Positions 39,446-50,409 of a stretch of 64,000 nucleotides of DNA are shown here, piece after piece. The position numbers and the translations under genes are program-made. Numbering within the stretch: the stretch's first letter is position 1; each line of letters starts with the position of its first letter. The notes under the pieces are model-generated. The model was not told where the DNA came from. It searched no databases and was given only the letters and a program-made list of their open reading frames with translations. The DNA comes from Chitinophaga pinensis. GTDB lineage: Bacteria; Bacteroidota; Bacteroidia; 2-12-FULL-35-15. The stretch lies in contig CAMCYR010000006.1 of assembly GCA_945885475.1 (NCBI GenBank), positions 22,231 through 86,230 of the forward strand, in the 5' to 3' direction.

Positions 39446-39595
39446 ATGCAAAATCTCTTTCAGAAGTCCCTAAAGTATATTGCTCTGCTTGTATTGCTTT
39501 CATTGTTTTCGGGTTGTTACGCTTTTCGTAAAAAAAACCGTTGCGGTGATTGTCCTAAATGGAAGATCGAATTCGTTGATCTGTTGCTTCCTTAA
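39446..39595 (+). CDS. Putative 49-aa lipoprotein with CxxC motif
   Basis: MQNLFQKSLKYIALLVLLSLFSG|CYAFRKKNRCGDCPKW...: basic n-region, h-region, lipobox FSGC; promoter box upstream. Confidence 0.6.
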   Translation: MQNLFQKSLKYIALLVLLSLFSGCYAFRKKNRCGDCPKWKIEFVDLLLP

Positions 39596-39703
39596 ATTAT
39601 TGAGCTCCCTCTATTTCTTACCCTTTTTCCTCCGTAAATACCTTCTTTTAGGTATGGTTAAATTCTAAAATCGCCTAAAAAAGCCGTACTTTTGTTGTAA
39701 ATA

Positions 39704-39940
39704 ATGGCGAAAGTATTGAAGAATTTAGCGGAATTAAAAATCGGACAAAGTGCTATAATTGATTCCTTTACGGATAAAGAAATGGCTTTGAAACTACTGG
39801 AAATGGGTTGTACACCCGGTGAAGTGGTAAAGCTCGATCGCATTGCACCTTTTGGTGATCCGATCGCTATTTCTGTTGCCGGATATTTATTGAGTCTGCG
39901 TAAAGCAGAAGCCTCTACAGTTCTTGTTTCCCCTATATAA
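39704..39940 (+). CDS. feoA: Ferrous iron transport protein A
   Basis: KLLEMGCTPG, APFGDPI, LSLRKAEA; precedes feoB. Confidence 0.95.
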   Translation: MAKVLKNLAELKIGQSAIIDSFTDKEMALKLLEMGCTPGEVVKLDRIAPFGDPIAISVAGYLLSLRKAEASTVLVSPI

Positions 39941-39952
39941 ATAATCCCTTTT

Positions 39953-42097
39953 GTGGTGGAACCGAATCAATCTTTTGTTAATTTTTCTGAAAGAACATCA
40001 CTGAAAGTTGCCCTGGTTGGTAATCCCAATAGCGGTAAATCTACCCTTTTTAATGCCCTTACCGGCTTAAATCAAAAAACAGGAAATTTTCCGGGTGTTA
40101 CAGTAGATAAAAAATCAGGTTTCGCAAAACTGAACAATACGCTTACTGCTGAATTTCTAGATCTTCCCGGAACCTATAGTTTGTATCCTAAATCGTTGGA
40201 TGAGCGTGTTGCCTTCGAAGTTTTATGCAATACGGATAATGCCGATCATCCCGATATTACCATCATTGTTGCTGATGCAAGCAATCTGAAGCGGAATTTA
40301 TTTCTTGTTTCACAGATCATTGATCTGAAGATTCCGGTGATTCTTGTCTTGAATATGATGGACATGGTGGAGAAAGAAGGAGATGTGATCGATACGATTC
40401 GTCTGTCTGAAAAATTAGGTGTGAAAGTTGTCGGACTGAGTGCTAGAAATAAAGAAGGTGTTGACACCCTCAGGCAAGCCTTATTGCAGCCATTGCCTGT
40501 TCCTCAATATGATTTTATAGAGATCAAAAAAATTGCTCCCGAAGCAATTGAAAAAGTTAAGTCGGTACTAAAAGTAAAAAGTGATTTTATTGCTTTTCAG
40601 ATCATCAATAATCTTTCCGATATCAGTTATCTGCATAATAAAGAAATGCAAATCAAAATTTCTGATGCACTGAATACATTGGTCATTGATACAAATAAAT
40701 TGCAATCGCTCGAAAGTGTTGAGCGCTACAAAGTGATCAATCGTATTGTTGAAGATTGCATTACGCATAAGTCGGCAATTAAAACAGAATCTTTTACTCA
40801 AAAGCTCGATAGCATTTTAACGCACAGGATCTTTGGCTATGCCATTTTTATTGTTGTACTGTTTTTTATTTTTCAAACAATCTTTTTTCTTTCGGCATTT
40901 CCAATGGATTGGATCGAACAGTTGTTTGTTTCTATTTCCGAACTTACAGCGAACATCCTTCCCAAAGGTGAGCTCAGTAATTTATTGGTGAACGGGATCA
41001 TTGCTGGATTGAGCGGAGTGGTTGTTTTTGTTCCGCAAATTGTATTACTTTTTGCCTTCATTGCCATACTTGAAGATACCGGCTACATGGCGCGTGTAAG
41101 TTTTATTATGGATAAACTGATGCGAAGATTCGGATTGAACGGACGATCCGTGATTCCGCTGATCAGTGGTGTTGCATGCGCTGTTCCGGCAATTATGAGT
41201 GCACGGACGATTAGCAGCTGGAAAGAGCGCATCATTACCATTATGGTTACGCCATTAATGAGTTGCTCTGCACGTTTACCTGTTTACACCTTGATCATTT
41301 CACTTGTAGTTCCTCAAAATAAGACCCTTGGTTTTTTTAATTACCAGGGTTTGGTCCTGATGGCCTTGTATTTAATTGGATTTGTTTCTGCTATCGGATC
41401 TGCATTGATTTTAAAATGGATTTTAAAAGCACGTGAAAAAAGTTATTTCATTATGGAATTGCCCGTTTACCGGACACCACAGTGGCGGACTGTAGGATAT
41501 ACCATCTTTGATAAAGTAAAATTATTTTTGTTTGATGCCGGAAAAATCATTGTTGCTATTTCAATTATCCTTTGGTTTTTATCCGCACATGCTCCGGGAG
41601 ATAAATTTGATGAAATAGAAAAAAAGTATCAAATAAGTGCCGGTGTTAATAGTGATCAGCGGCAGACAGAAGCACTCATTGCCTCTGAAAAACTGGAAGT
41701 TTCCTATGCGGGAATGCTTGGGAAATCAATAGAGCCGATGATTAAACCTCTAGGCTTCGACTGGAAGATTGGAATCTCCTTGGTCACTTCTTTTGCTGCT
41801 CGTGAAGTGTTTGTAGGAACAATGGCTACCATTTATAGCGCAGGAAATACAGATAATACACAAACAATCCGTGAAAAAATGAAAGCAGAAAAGGATCCTG
41901 AAACTGGTGAACCAAAATTCTCTGTTGCAGTCGGATTTTCTCTGATGATCTTTTACGCATTTGCAATGCAATGTATGAGCACACTAGCTGTTGTTTACCG
42001 TGAAACAAAAAACTGGAAATGGCCTGTGATTCAGTTTTTCTTTATGGGCGCACTGGCTTACGTTTCCAGTTTTATTGTTTATCAATTGCTGAAGTAG
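39953..42097 (+). CDS. feoB: Ferrous iron transport protein B
   Basis: GNPNSGKS, GNFPGVTV, DLPGTYSL, LNMMD, LEDTGYMAR, MSCSARLP, AAREVFV. Confidence 0.97.
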   Translation: MVEPNQSFVNFSERTSLKVALVGNPNSGKSTLFNALTGLNQKTGNFPGVTVDKKSGFAKLNNTLTAEFLDLPGTYSLYPKSLDERVAFEVLCNTDNADHPDITIIVADASNLKRNLFLVSQIIDLKIPVILVLNMMDMVEKEGDVIDTIRLSEKLGVKVVGLSARNKEGVDTLRQALLQPLPVPQYDFIEIKKIAPEAIEKVKSVLKVKSDFIAFQIINNLSDISYLHNKEMQIKISDALNTLVIDTNKLQSLESVERYKVINRIVEDCITHKSAIKTESFTQKLDSILTHRIFGYAIFIVVLFFIFQTIFFLSAFPMDWIEQLFVSISELTANILPKGELSNLLVNGIIAGLSGVVVFVPQIVLLFAFIAILEDTGYMARVSFIMDKLMRRFGLNGRSVIPLISGVACAVPAIMSARTISSWKERIITIMVTPLMSCSARLPVYTLIISLVVPQNKTLGFFNYQGLVLMALYLIGFVSAIGSALILKWILKAREKSYFIMELPVYRTPQWRTVGYTIFDKVKLFLFDAGKIIVAISIILWFLSAHAPGDKFDEIEKKYQISAGVNSDQRQTEALIASEKLEVSYAGMLGKSIEPMIKPLGFDWKIGISLVTSFAAREVFVGTMATIYSAGNTDNTQTIREKMKAEKDPETGEPKFSVAVGFSLMIFYAFAMQCMSTLAVVYRETKNWKWPVIQFFFMGALAYVSSFIVYQLLK

Positions 42098-42136
42098 TTC
42101 ATTTATTTATCTTATCTGTCATCACTCTTTCGCTAA

Positions 42137-42221
42137 CGTCATCCCGTGCCACGCCACAGGATCTCCCAGTTAAAAGCAATACGCACAATTAACAGATCCC
42201 TTGTCAGAGCAAGCGATGACG
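42137..42221. repeat. CGTC/GTCA-terminal REP-like palindrome
   Basis: cgtcatc...gatct / agatc...gatgacg, with internal mini-hairpins; downstream of feoB. Confidence 0.65.
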
Positions 42222-42270
42222 GTTAATAAAAAAGAACACATGCAATAAATTAGATTTGTAAATTTGCAAT

Positions 42271-42930
42271 GTGAATCAAGTCAACCGCAATCAATCTATC
42301 TTGCATAAATACATTCCTGAAAAGGCGGTGCCTATTATTTCAGAATGGATCTATACGTTTGATTTCAAACTGCGGATAAAAAAAAGTAGATCTTCCAAGT
42401 ATGGCGATTACCGTCCACCATTCAAAGGAGAGAATCATCAGATCACTATTAATTACGACATGAATAAGTATGCCTTCCTGATCACACTTATTCATGAAGT
42501 AGCACATCTTTCCACCTATAACAAGCACAAGAACAATGTTAAGCCGCATGGCGATGAATGGAAATTGCATTATAAATTTTTGATGCAGCAATTTCTGATT
42601 CCTGAAATTTTTCCTGTCGATGTAATTACAGCACTTCGTAAGTACATGAATAACCCTGCCGCTTCTAGTTGTTCGGATACCAATTTGTTGCGTGTGCTTA
42701 AAAAGTATGATGTTCGAGGTGATTCAGTGTTGCTGGAGGATGTTCCTGTAGGATCAACTTTCTCCTACAATGATAACCGTTTCTTTATTAAGGGTGAACA
42801 ATCCCGGAAACGCATCCGTTGTAAAGACGCAAAAACCAATACGGTTTACCTGTTCAACCCTTTAACAGAAGTGTTAATAATTAATACTCCTTTATTTGCC
42901 GAAAATAAGGCTGATTTCCCCAATAAATAA
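42271..42930 (+). CDS. SprT-like zinc metalloprotease-domain protein
   Basis: TLIHEVAH (HExxH), PHGDEWK; TAAATTTG box at 42259-42266. Confidence 0.9.
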   Translation: MNQVNRNQSILHKYIPEKAVPIISEWIYTFDFKLRIKKSRSSKYGDYRPPFKGENHQITINYDMNKYAFLITLIHEVAHLSTYNKHKNNVKPHGDEWKLHYKFLMQQFLIPEIFPVDVITALRKYMNNPAASSCSDTNLLRVLKKYDVRGDSVLLEDVPVGSTFSYNDNRFFIKGEQSRKRIRCKDAKTNTVYLFNPLTEVLIINTPLFAENKADFPNK

Positions 42931-43016
42931 TCAATAAATAAGCACATGATAGTTGGTTTTTGTTAAATTTGCTGTTCACAACATTTGTGGATCAATAATG
43001 CAAAAATAAAATCAAC

Positions 43017-44309
43017 ATGAGTGTAAATGCAATGGAAAAAAATAGTGATTTGAAAGTATCAAAATTGGCTCAGAATATCATTGGCTCTGAAATTATAAAA
43101 TTGGCTGCTGAGGTGAATGAAAAAATCAAGCAAGGCGAAAAGGTGTATAATTTTACGATCGGTGATTTTAATCCCAAACTTTTTCCAATCCCTGCTGAAT
43201 TAAAATCCGCAATCATAGGTGCTTATGAAGACGACCAAACAAATTATCCTGCTGCGGATGGTATGTTGGAGTTACGTCAGTCTGTTTCAAAACTTTTAAA
43301 GGAGCGCGGTGCCTTGGATTATAAAATTGATGAAATTGTTATCGCTGGTGGTGCCCGTCCTGTTATTTATGCAATCTTTAAAGCCTTGGTAGATGAAGGT
43401 GATATTGTTGTTTTTCCTGTTCCTTCATGGAACAATAATCATTATACCTATTTGAATAATGCGAAGGCGGTATTGATTCCTACTACGCCTGAAAATAAAT
43501 TTATGCCGACTGCAGCGGATTTAAAGCCGCATATCAGCACCGCAAATTTAATTGCGCTGTGTTCACCTTTGAATCCTACAGGAACAACATTTCGCAAAAA
43601 AGATCTGGAAGAAATTTGTGATATGATTCTTGCTGAAAATCAAAAGCGTTTAGCGGAAGATAGAAAACCTTTATACCTCATGTATGATCAGATCTATTGG
43701 GCCTTGACCTTTGGGGAAACCGAACATCACAATCCCGTTACGCTTCGTCCCGAGATGAAAAATTATACCGTATTTGTTGATGGTATTTCTAAGTCACTCG
43801 CTGCAACAGGCGTTCGCGTTGGGTGGAGCATGGGTCCGAAAAAGATCATCGAAAAAATGAAATCTATTTTAACACATGTTGGTGCATGGGCTCCGAAAGC
43901 GGAACAAGTTGCTGCTGCCGCATATTTGAATGACCTGACTTCTTACGATACATTTCTGGCGGAGATAAAAACAAAAATCAACGACCGCTTGGTGGGTATA
44001 TACAATGGTTTCCAAAGTTTAAAAACAGAAGGATTTAAGGTCGATGCGATCGCTCCTGAAGCAGCCATCTATCTTACGGTTCAGTTTGCTCTGCACGGAC
44101 AAACAAAAGCTGATGGAACTATTTTGAAAACAACGCAGGATATCACCAAATATATTTTGGATGAAGCGAAAGTTGCCTTGGTTCCTTTTTATGCATTTGG
44201 TGCTTCTGATGATTCCAGCTGGTATCGTTTATCTGTTGGAACATGTAAAGTAGAAGAAATTGATGCAGTGATCGAAAGCCTAAGAAGTGCTTTGAAAAAA
44301 CTGAAATAG
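43017..44309 (+). CDS. PLP-dependent aminotransferase class I/II
   Basis: CSPLNPTG, DQIY, SKSLAATGVRVGW, YRLS. Confidence 0.92.
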   Translation: MSVNAMEKNSDLKVSKLAQNIIGSEIIKLAAEVNEKIKQGEKVYNFTIGDFNPKLFPIPAELKSAIIGAYEDDQTNYPAADGMLELRQSVSKLLKERGALDYKIDEIVIAGGARPVIYAIFKALVDEGDIVVFPVPSWNNNHYTYLNNAKAVLIPTTPENKFMPTAADLKPHISTANLIALCSPLNPTGTTFRKKDLEEICDMILAENQKRLAEDRKPLYLMYDQIYWALTFGETEHHNPVTLRPEMKNYTVFVDGISKSLAATGVRVGWSMGPKKIIEKMKSILTHVGAWAPKAEQVAAAAYLNDLTSYDTFLAEIKTKINDRLVGIYNGFQSLKTEGFKVDAIAPEAAIYLTVQFALHGQTKADGTILKTTQDITKYILDEAKVALVPFYAFGASDDSSWYRLSVGTCKVEEIDAVIESLRSALKKLK

Positions 44310-44329
44310 TATAATTTATTTTCGTGCTG

Positions 44330-44350
44330 CTCGACTTCGCTCGATCAGCG
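44330..44350 (-). repeat. Degenerate single REP unit
   Basis: ctcgacttcgctcga is the reverse complement of the tcgagcg(a/g)agtcgag core seen at 16168-16182. Confidence 0.55.
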
Positions 44351-44390
44351 CTTGTTGGTAAAGTGTTTTACAATAGAATAAAAAAATAAG

Positions 44391-45479
44391 GTGAAAAATA
44401 ATTATTGTGTGATAATGGCAGGTGGCGTAGGAAGCCGTTTCTGGCCGATGAGCAGAACAGCTCATCCCAAACAGTTTATGGATATTCTGGGAACCGGCAG
44501 AACACTGTTGCAACAAACCTACGACCGTTTCGTTCGTCTTTGTCCGAAAGAAAACATATACATCGTTACCAACGATTCATATGTTGATTTGGTAAAAGAA
44601 CAGATCAAAGGCATTCCTGCTGACAATATTTTAAGTGAACCTGCCCGTAAAAATACGGCGCCATGTGTTGCCTATGCGTGCTACAAAATTGCACAGCTGA
44701 ACCCGGATGCATTAACGGTTATTGCTCCTTCTGACCATCTGATCATTAAAGAGGATACATTTATTAAAGCGATTAAAGCCTGCTATTTAAAAGCAGCTTC
44801 CGAAGATTGTTTAGTTACTTTAGGAATTCGTCCAAGCCGCCCAGACACCGGTTATGGCTATATTCAATTTATTGAATCAGAAGCGAAAGAAAAAGATAAG
44901 CGTATCAAAAAAGTGAAAACATTCACTGAGAAGCCCGATCTTGAAATGGCAAAATTCTTTTTACAGAGCGGTGATTTTTTATGGAATTCTGGGATTTTTA
45001 TTTGGAGCGTAAAAAGTGTAATCGCGGCATTTGAACAACATTCTCCCGATATGGATACCATCTTCCGTGAAGGGAACGAATTTTATAATACAGCCAAAGA
45101 GGCTCAATTTATTGCAAAAGCATATTCCAACTGCAAAAATATTTCAATCGATTATGCTATCATGGAAAAGGCTGAGAATGTTTATGTTCGTTCATCCATC
45201 ATTGGCTGGAGCGATCTGGGAACCTGGGGCTCATTGTATGATCACGTAAAACAGGATGATAACAATAATGCTGTTGTTGGAAAGAATGTGATGATGTATG
45301 ATTCAAAAAATTGTATTGTTAATGTACCAAAAGATAAATTGGTAGTTATGCAAGGGTTGGAAGATTATATTGTTGTTGAGTCCGATGGTATTTTACTGAT
45401 CTGTAAAAAAGAAGACGAGCAGCAGATCAGAACATTTGTGAATGATGTGAAGATAAAAAAGGGAGAGAAATTCGTTTAG
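44391..45479 (+). CDS. manC: Mannose-1-phosphate guanylyltransferase
   Basis: IMAGGVGSRFWPMSR..PKQF, EPARKNTAP, PSDH, TGYGYI, FTEKP, SIDYAIMEK, WSDLGTW. Confidence 0.93.
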   Translation: MKNNYCVIMAGGVGSRFWPMSRTAHPKQFMDILGTGRTLLQQTYDRFVRLCPKENIYIVTNDSYVDLVKEQIKGIPADNILSEPARKNTAPCVAYACYKIAQLNPDALTVIAPSDHLIIKEDTFIKAIKACYLKAASEDCLVTLGIRPSRPDTGYGYIQFIESEAKEKDKRIKKVKTFTEKPDLEMAKFFLQSGDFLWNSGIFIWSVKSVIAAFEQHSPDMDTIFREGNEFYNTAKEAQFIAKAYSNCKNISIDYAIMEKAENVYVRSSIIGWSDLGTWGSLYDHVKQDDNNNAVVGKNVMMYDSKNCIVNVPKDKLVVMQGLEDYIVVESDGILLICKKEDEQQIRTFVNDVKIKKGEKFV

Positions 45480-46156
45480 TCGGAATTTTTTCCGTCAACA
45501 AATTTTTTGCCCTTGTAAGCACCAGAGAAGTATAAGATGAATCGTGCGCCAAAAATCGCCTGTTCCTGATTCCAGTCTACATAAAAAGCGGCACCTACTC
45601 CAACATCATACGTAATTTTTTTCACAGCTTCCACCTGCGCATAGATGCCGGGCAAACTAAATGGTCTTGTATAGGTAGAGTCGCCTACTTTGCCGAATCC
45701 TGTTGAGTAGGAGATACCTCCGAAGCCTGCAAAATGAATGTCTTTGTCCTCATAGCGTTTTCCATACCCTAAATGAAATTCATAGTTGTCGTAAAAGCCG
45801 AATTTTTCTCCGCTGATCATTGTTCCGATCTGAAAATACTGCTGCCTGATATGGAAATTAAAATCCAGTCCGCCAGCAAATCCTATTTCCCTGCTATAAG
45901 TCAAATTCTGTTGAAAGCCACCACCAAGGGTAAACCAGTTGTTGTAGTAACTTAATTTTTTATTTTTTAAGATGAAGGTACTGTCAACCGGCGGGGATTT
46001 TCTTTTCTTTTTATCTGTTGGTGTAATAGCAGTGGCTTTTGTTTCTTCAACTATTTGATATCGTTTTCCATTAATAACAGTATCCGTTTGTGAAAAAGCA
46101 GAAGATGTAATAAAGCTAATTACGATAAAAGTAAATATGGAAAAATGTTTTTTCAA
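45476..46156 (-). CDS. Exported hypothetical protein, probable small outer-membrane beta-barrel
   Basis: Signal peptide; alternating aromatic/Gly strands. Confidence 0.65.
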   Translation of the reverse strand: MKKHFSIFTFIVISFITSSAFSQTDTVINGKRYQIVEETKATAITPTDKKKRKSPPVDSTFILKNKKLSYYNNWFTLGGGFQQNLTYSREIGFAGGLDFNFHIRQQYFQIGTMISGEKFGFYDNYEFHLGYGKRYEDKDIHFAGFGGISYSTGFGKVGDSTYTRPFSLPGIYAQVEAVKKITYDVGVGAAFYVDWNQEQAIFGARFILYFSGAYKGKKFVDGKNSD

Positions 46157-46239
46157 AATCGTAAAAGTAAAATTAACGGGAACACTATTTATTAACGGAG
46201 ATTACTCTTTTTTTAGTATATAATTTCATGTGAATGAGC

Positions 46240-46317
46240 GATTATTTCCAGTCGCGCAATGTCTTTCTTTCGTACAACAATCTTATACAGAAAGTCATTG
46301 CGCTGCTGGAAGTAATC
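46240..46317. repeat. 29-bp imperfect inverted repeat (GTCATTGCG-type REP doublet)
   Basis: Arms 46240-46268 and 46289-46317 match at 25/29 around a 20-nt loop. Confidence 0.85.
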
Positions 46318-46338
46318 ATACCCATTCGTAAGAAAATG

Positions 46339-47736
46339 CTATTTCATCGAACCGCACATATCTTCAGGCTTCACCCATTCATCAAATTGTTCGTTGGTAA
46401 CATAGCCCAACTCAATAGCCGCTTCACGCAAGGTCTTATTTCCTTTGTGCGCTGTTTTTGCAATTTTAGCTGCTTTCTCATAACCAATATGAGTATTTAA
46501 AGCCGTTACCAACATCAATGAATTTTCTAAATGTTGTTTTAATATCGGTAAGTTCGGCTCAATGCCTACTGCGCAATTGTCATTAAATGAAACACAGGCA
46601 TCACCGATTAATCGTGCGGATTGCAATACGTTTGCTGCAATAAGCGGTTTGAATACGTTTAATTCAAAGTGTCCGTTTGAGCCGCCAATCGAAACAGCAA
46701 CATCATTACCCATCACCTGAGCGCAAACCATTGTTAACGCTTCCGGCTGAGTCGGATTTACTTTACCCGGCATGATAGACGAGCCCGGTTCGTTATCCGG
46801 AATAATGATCTCACCAATCCCGCAACGCGGACCAGAACTTAGCATGCGCACATCGTTCGCAATTTTCATCAGTGATACAGCCGAGCGTTTTAATGCACCC
46901 GACAATTCAACCATAGCATCGTGTGCAGCTAAGGCTTCAAATTTATTAGGAGCAGTAATAAAAGGTAAACCGGTAAGTTCAGCTATTTTTTTAGCAACCA
47001 ATACATCATACCCTTTTGGCGTGTTCAATCCTGTTCCTACTGCTGTTCCACCCAATGCAAGTTCACGAACCACTTCCAAAGCATTTTTAATTGCACGGAT
47101 GCTGTTGGTCATTTGTTGCGCATACCCACCAAATTCTTGACCGAGCGTTAAAGGTGTTGCATCCATGAAGTGCGTGCGACCTGTTTTAACAATACTTTTA
47201 AAGTCGTTTGATTTTTTCAATAATGTATCTCTCAGTTTTTCCATTCCCGGAAGAGTGATATCTACGGTTTGTTTGTAGGCTGCAATGTGCATCGCAGTTG
47301 GGTAGGTATCGTTAGATGATTGTGATTTATTTACATCATCATTTGGATGCAATACTTTTTTGTCGTCCGCTAATTTCCCTCCACTCATTACGTGTGCGCG
47401 GTAAGCAATAACTTCATTTGCGTTCATGTTTGATTGCGTTCCCGAGCCTGTTTGCCAAATTACCAATGGAAACTGATCATCTAATTTCCCTGCAATAATT
47501 TCTTCACATGCTTTCGCAATAAGATCTCTTTTTTCAGCACTTAAAACACCCAATTCGCAGTTCGCCATAGCAGCCGCTTTTTTAAGGTAGCCAAAAGCAT
47601 AAATGATCTCCTTGGGCATACTTGCCTCAGGACCAATTTTAAAGTTGTTGCGGGAACGTTCTGTTTGAGCTCCCCAATATTTATCAGCAGGTACGTTTAC
47701 CTCGCCCATGGTGTCTGTTTCAATTCTGTATTCCAT
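46339..47736 (-). CDS. fumC: Class II fumarate hydratase
   Basis: [46 protein letters not shown]. Confidence 0.98.
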   Translation of the reverse strand: MEYRIETDTMGEVNVPADKYWGAQTERSRNNFKIGPEASMPKEIIYAFGYLKKAAAMANCELGVLSAEKRDLIAKACEEIIAGKLDDQFPLVIWQTGSGTQSNMNANEVIAYRAHVMSGGKLADDKKVLHPNDDVNKSQSSNDTYPTAMHIAAYKQTVDITLPGMEKLRDTLLKKSNDFKSIVKTGRTHFMDATPLTLGQEFGGYAQQMTNSIRAIKNALEVVRELALGGTAVGTGLNTPKGYDVLVAKKIAELTGLPFITAPNKFEALAAHDAMVELSGALKRSAVSLMKIANDVRMLSSGPRCGIGEIIIPDNEPGSSIMPGKVNPTQPEALTMVCAQVMGNDVAVSIGGSNGHFELNVFKPLIAANVLQSARLIGDACVSFNDNCAVGIEPNLPILKQHLENSLMLVTALNTHIGYEKAAKIAKTAHKGNKTLREAAIELGYVTNEQFDEWVKPEDMCGSMK

Positions 47737-48005
47737 TGTATTATTCAGGATTTAGTGTTTTAAAATTTAGAATTTTTACTCTGTAAATTTAAGATTTATT
47801 TGGTATGATTTTCATGAAATTGGACATACAGTAAGAATTTTTAATTTGTCATTATAAGTACTGTTTTTTGCCTCACAATGTTGATTCTTATATGTTTTCG
47901 TTTGGGTTTCTCTCTCAAAAAATTCAATTTAATTGTTCAACAGGTCATTTGAGGCCGCATTGTACTTAACTTGTATCTTATTTCAAAAACTTCGTTATAG
48001 TCTGT

Positions 48006-50408
48006 ATGGTAAAAAACTGCATTTTAATTTTTCTCTCGTTTTTATATGTTCAATATAGCGCTGCTCAAAGCTACAAGATCCAAGGAACGGTTTTGGGTGA
48101 AAATAATAAAGCCCTGATATCAGGGAATATTATTTTACTCTCTCAAAGTGATTCATCAATCATTAAGGGTGATTTTTTTATGGATAGTAAATTTGAAATG
48201 AAAAATATTGATGACAGTTTATTTATTTTGAAAATTACTGCTCTTGGATTTGAAACACATTTTCAGTTGGTAGCCAATAGTAAAAAGGATTCTCTGCTTA
48301 CAATTGCTGCAATACAGTTGAAAATGAATACGACTCTTAAGGAAATAGAAGTCGTTTCTAAATTGCCTTTGTTTGAAAGGGATGGCGAAAGGGTGAAAGT
48401 GAACGTAGAAAATTCGGCATTGAGTAATTTAGGGTCAGTACTGGATGTTTTGAAAAAAACACCCACTGTAATGGTCAGTAGCACCGATAATGTTTCGGTA
48501 TTTGGTAAAGGGGATGCGATCATCTATGTTGATGGTCAACAAATTTCTTCCGCTGATGTGCTTAAAACAATTGCCTCTACTGAGCTGAAAGAAATTGAAA
48601 TTATATCCAATCCTTCTGCTAAATACGATGCAAGCGGGAAAGCGGTTATTAATATCATTACTAAGAAAAATAATTTGGAAGGTTACAATGGGAATTTAAT
48701 TCAGAATACCATGTACGGCAAGTACTTGTTTTCCTATACCGGCTTACGTTTTAACTACAAATATAAAAAATGGTCAACCTTTGTGAGTTATGGTTTTCCT
48801 CATGGAAAAGTTTGGAGTTCGGATGAGTATTACCGGAACTTAAAAAGCAACGATAGTACAATCACGGAAATGAAAAATAAAATTTATACAGTTAATGATC
48901 AAGTAAACTCTCATTATTACCGAGCTGGTGTTAATTATGCGATCGATTCAGTTCGCTCTTTTGGCTTTCAATACAATGGTTTTTATTCATTGAATAAAAA
49001 TGAAGCTGATAATAGCAATGAAATTTTCAAAAATTCTGTACCTCAGTTAACCATTGAAACAAATACATTGTCGCATCCGAAGTTGATTAACAATACAGCA
49101 AATGTTAACTATACACGTATATTGGATACACTAAAAAGTGAGTGGAGTGCCGCTTTTCAATATGGAAATTTTACTTCAAAGAATTTTGATGAAATAACAC
49201 AAAAAATAATTGTTGTAAATACGATTGATCAGCAACTAAAAAGAAATATTGGCTTGAATGAAATTCAATTGTTTACAGGACAAACAGATTTAATAAAAGT
49301 ATTTAATAAAAAATGGGAAATAGAAAGTGGTATAAAAGATTCATACATCATTAATGAAAGTGCAATTGATTTTGAAAATTATTATGTTGCAGGTGAATGG
49401 GTTTCGGATCCTGCTTATTTTAATGGTTATAAATACAGCGAAAATGTGTTGGCCGCTTATACCCAGTTGCGTTATTCCAATAAAAAGCTGAACATGCGTG
49501 CCGGATTAAGAGCCGAACATACTGCTTCGGACGGGTATTCAAAAATAACGAATCAGCAAGTCATAAACCGTGAATACACCAATCTTTTTCCAAGTGCATT
49601 TTTGGGATACGATTTCACAAAAGATCTGAATACAAGCATCACATACTCCAGCCGCATTGCACGTCCAAGTTTCCAGGATATGGATCCGTTCATAAATTAT
49701 ATCGACTCTCTTTCTTCATTCAGAGGCAATCCTTATCTGGTTCCATCGTATACACATTCACTTGAAGCTTCATTGATTTATATGAAAGAAGCATCGTTAA
49801 CATTCAGTTATGCCAGAACAAACGGTGCTATGAATTTAGTGGTGGATAAATCGGATGATGGAACGGATGCTTTTGTTGCAACAACAAAAAATCTTGATTA
49901 TTCCGAAACGTATTCTATTGGAATAACCATTCCTTATGAATTAACATGGTGGACCACTTACAATTATTTTGGTTATATGCAGAATGCTTTTGCATATAAA
50001 AGTGGAAGTACTGTTATTCAAAATAAAAAGCCAATGTTTTATATGTATTTGTATGACGAGTTCCGTTTTAAAAAATATTTTTCGATGGAAGTAACATTTG
50101 AATATACATCCGCAGGTGTGGATGGTATTTTTACATTTGAGCCTTTTTATAATTTGTCGGCAAACATCAAAAAAACATTTTTTAAAGATAAGCTTACATG
50201 CCGCTTTATTGCCAACGATATTCTGACCACTGCATTTAACAGAGGTGCCAGCAATGTAGAAGGGTATGATGTTAATTATGTTTCCCGCGAAAACACACAT
50301 TATTTTGTATTGTCTTTGAACTATCGCTTTGGGAAATTAAAATCGACAGACTATCGGGATAAGTCGGTGAACAAAGAAGAGTATGACCGGATTAAAATGA
50401 GTAAATAG
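48006..50408 (+). CDS. TonB-dependent receptor-like outer-membrane protein
   Basis: Signal peptide, N-terminal Cna/CarboxypepD-like domain, plug NPSAKYDASG..INIITK, barrel GNPYLVP, LNYRFG. Confidence 0.88.
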   Translation: MVKNCILIFLSFLYVQYSAAQSYKIQGTVLGENNKALISGNIILLSQSDSSIIKGDFFMDSKFEMKNIDDSLFILKITALGFETHFQLVANSKKDSLLTIAAIQLKMNTTLKEIEVVSKLPLFERDGERVKVNVENSALSNLGSVLDVLKKTPTVMVSSTDNVSVFGKGDAIIYVDGQQISSADVLKTIASTELKEIEIISNPSAKYDASGKAVINIITKKNNLEGYNGNLIQNTMYGKYLFSYTGLRFNYKYKKWSTFVSYGFPHGKVWSSDEYYRNLKSNDSTITEMKNKIYTVNDQVNSHYYRAGVNYAIDSVRSFGFQYNGFYSLNKNEADNSNEIFKNSVPQLTIETNTLSHPKLINNTANVNYTRILDTLKSEWSAAFQYGNFTSKNFDEITQKIIVVNTIDQQLKRNIGLNEIQLFTGQTDLIKVFNKKWEIESGIKDSYIINESAIDFENYYVAGEWVSDPAYFNGYKYSENVLAAYTQLRYSNKKLNMRAGLRAEHTASDGYSKITNQQVINREYTNLFPSAFLGYDFTKDLNTSITYSSRIARPSFQDMDPFINYIDSLSSFRGNPYLVPSYTHSLEASLIYMKEASLTFSYARTNGAMNLVVDKSDDGTDAFVATTKNLDYSETYSIGITIPYELTWWTTYNYFGYMQNAFAYKSGSTVIQNKKPMFYMYLYDEFRFKKYFSMEVTFEYTSAGVDGIFTFEPFYNLSANIKKTFFKDKLTCRFIANDILTTAFNRGASNVEGYDVNYVSRENTHYFVLSLNYRFGKLKSTDYRDKSVNKEEYDRIKMSK

Positions 50409-50409
50409 T

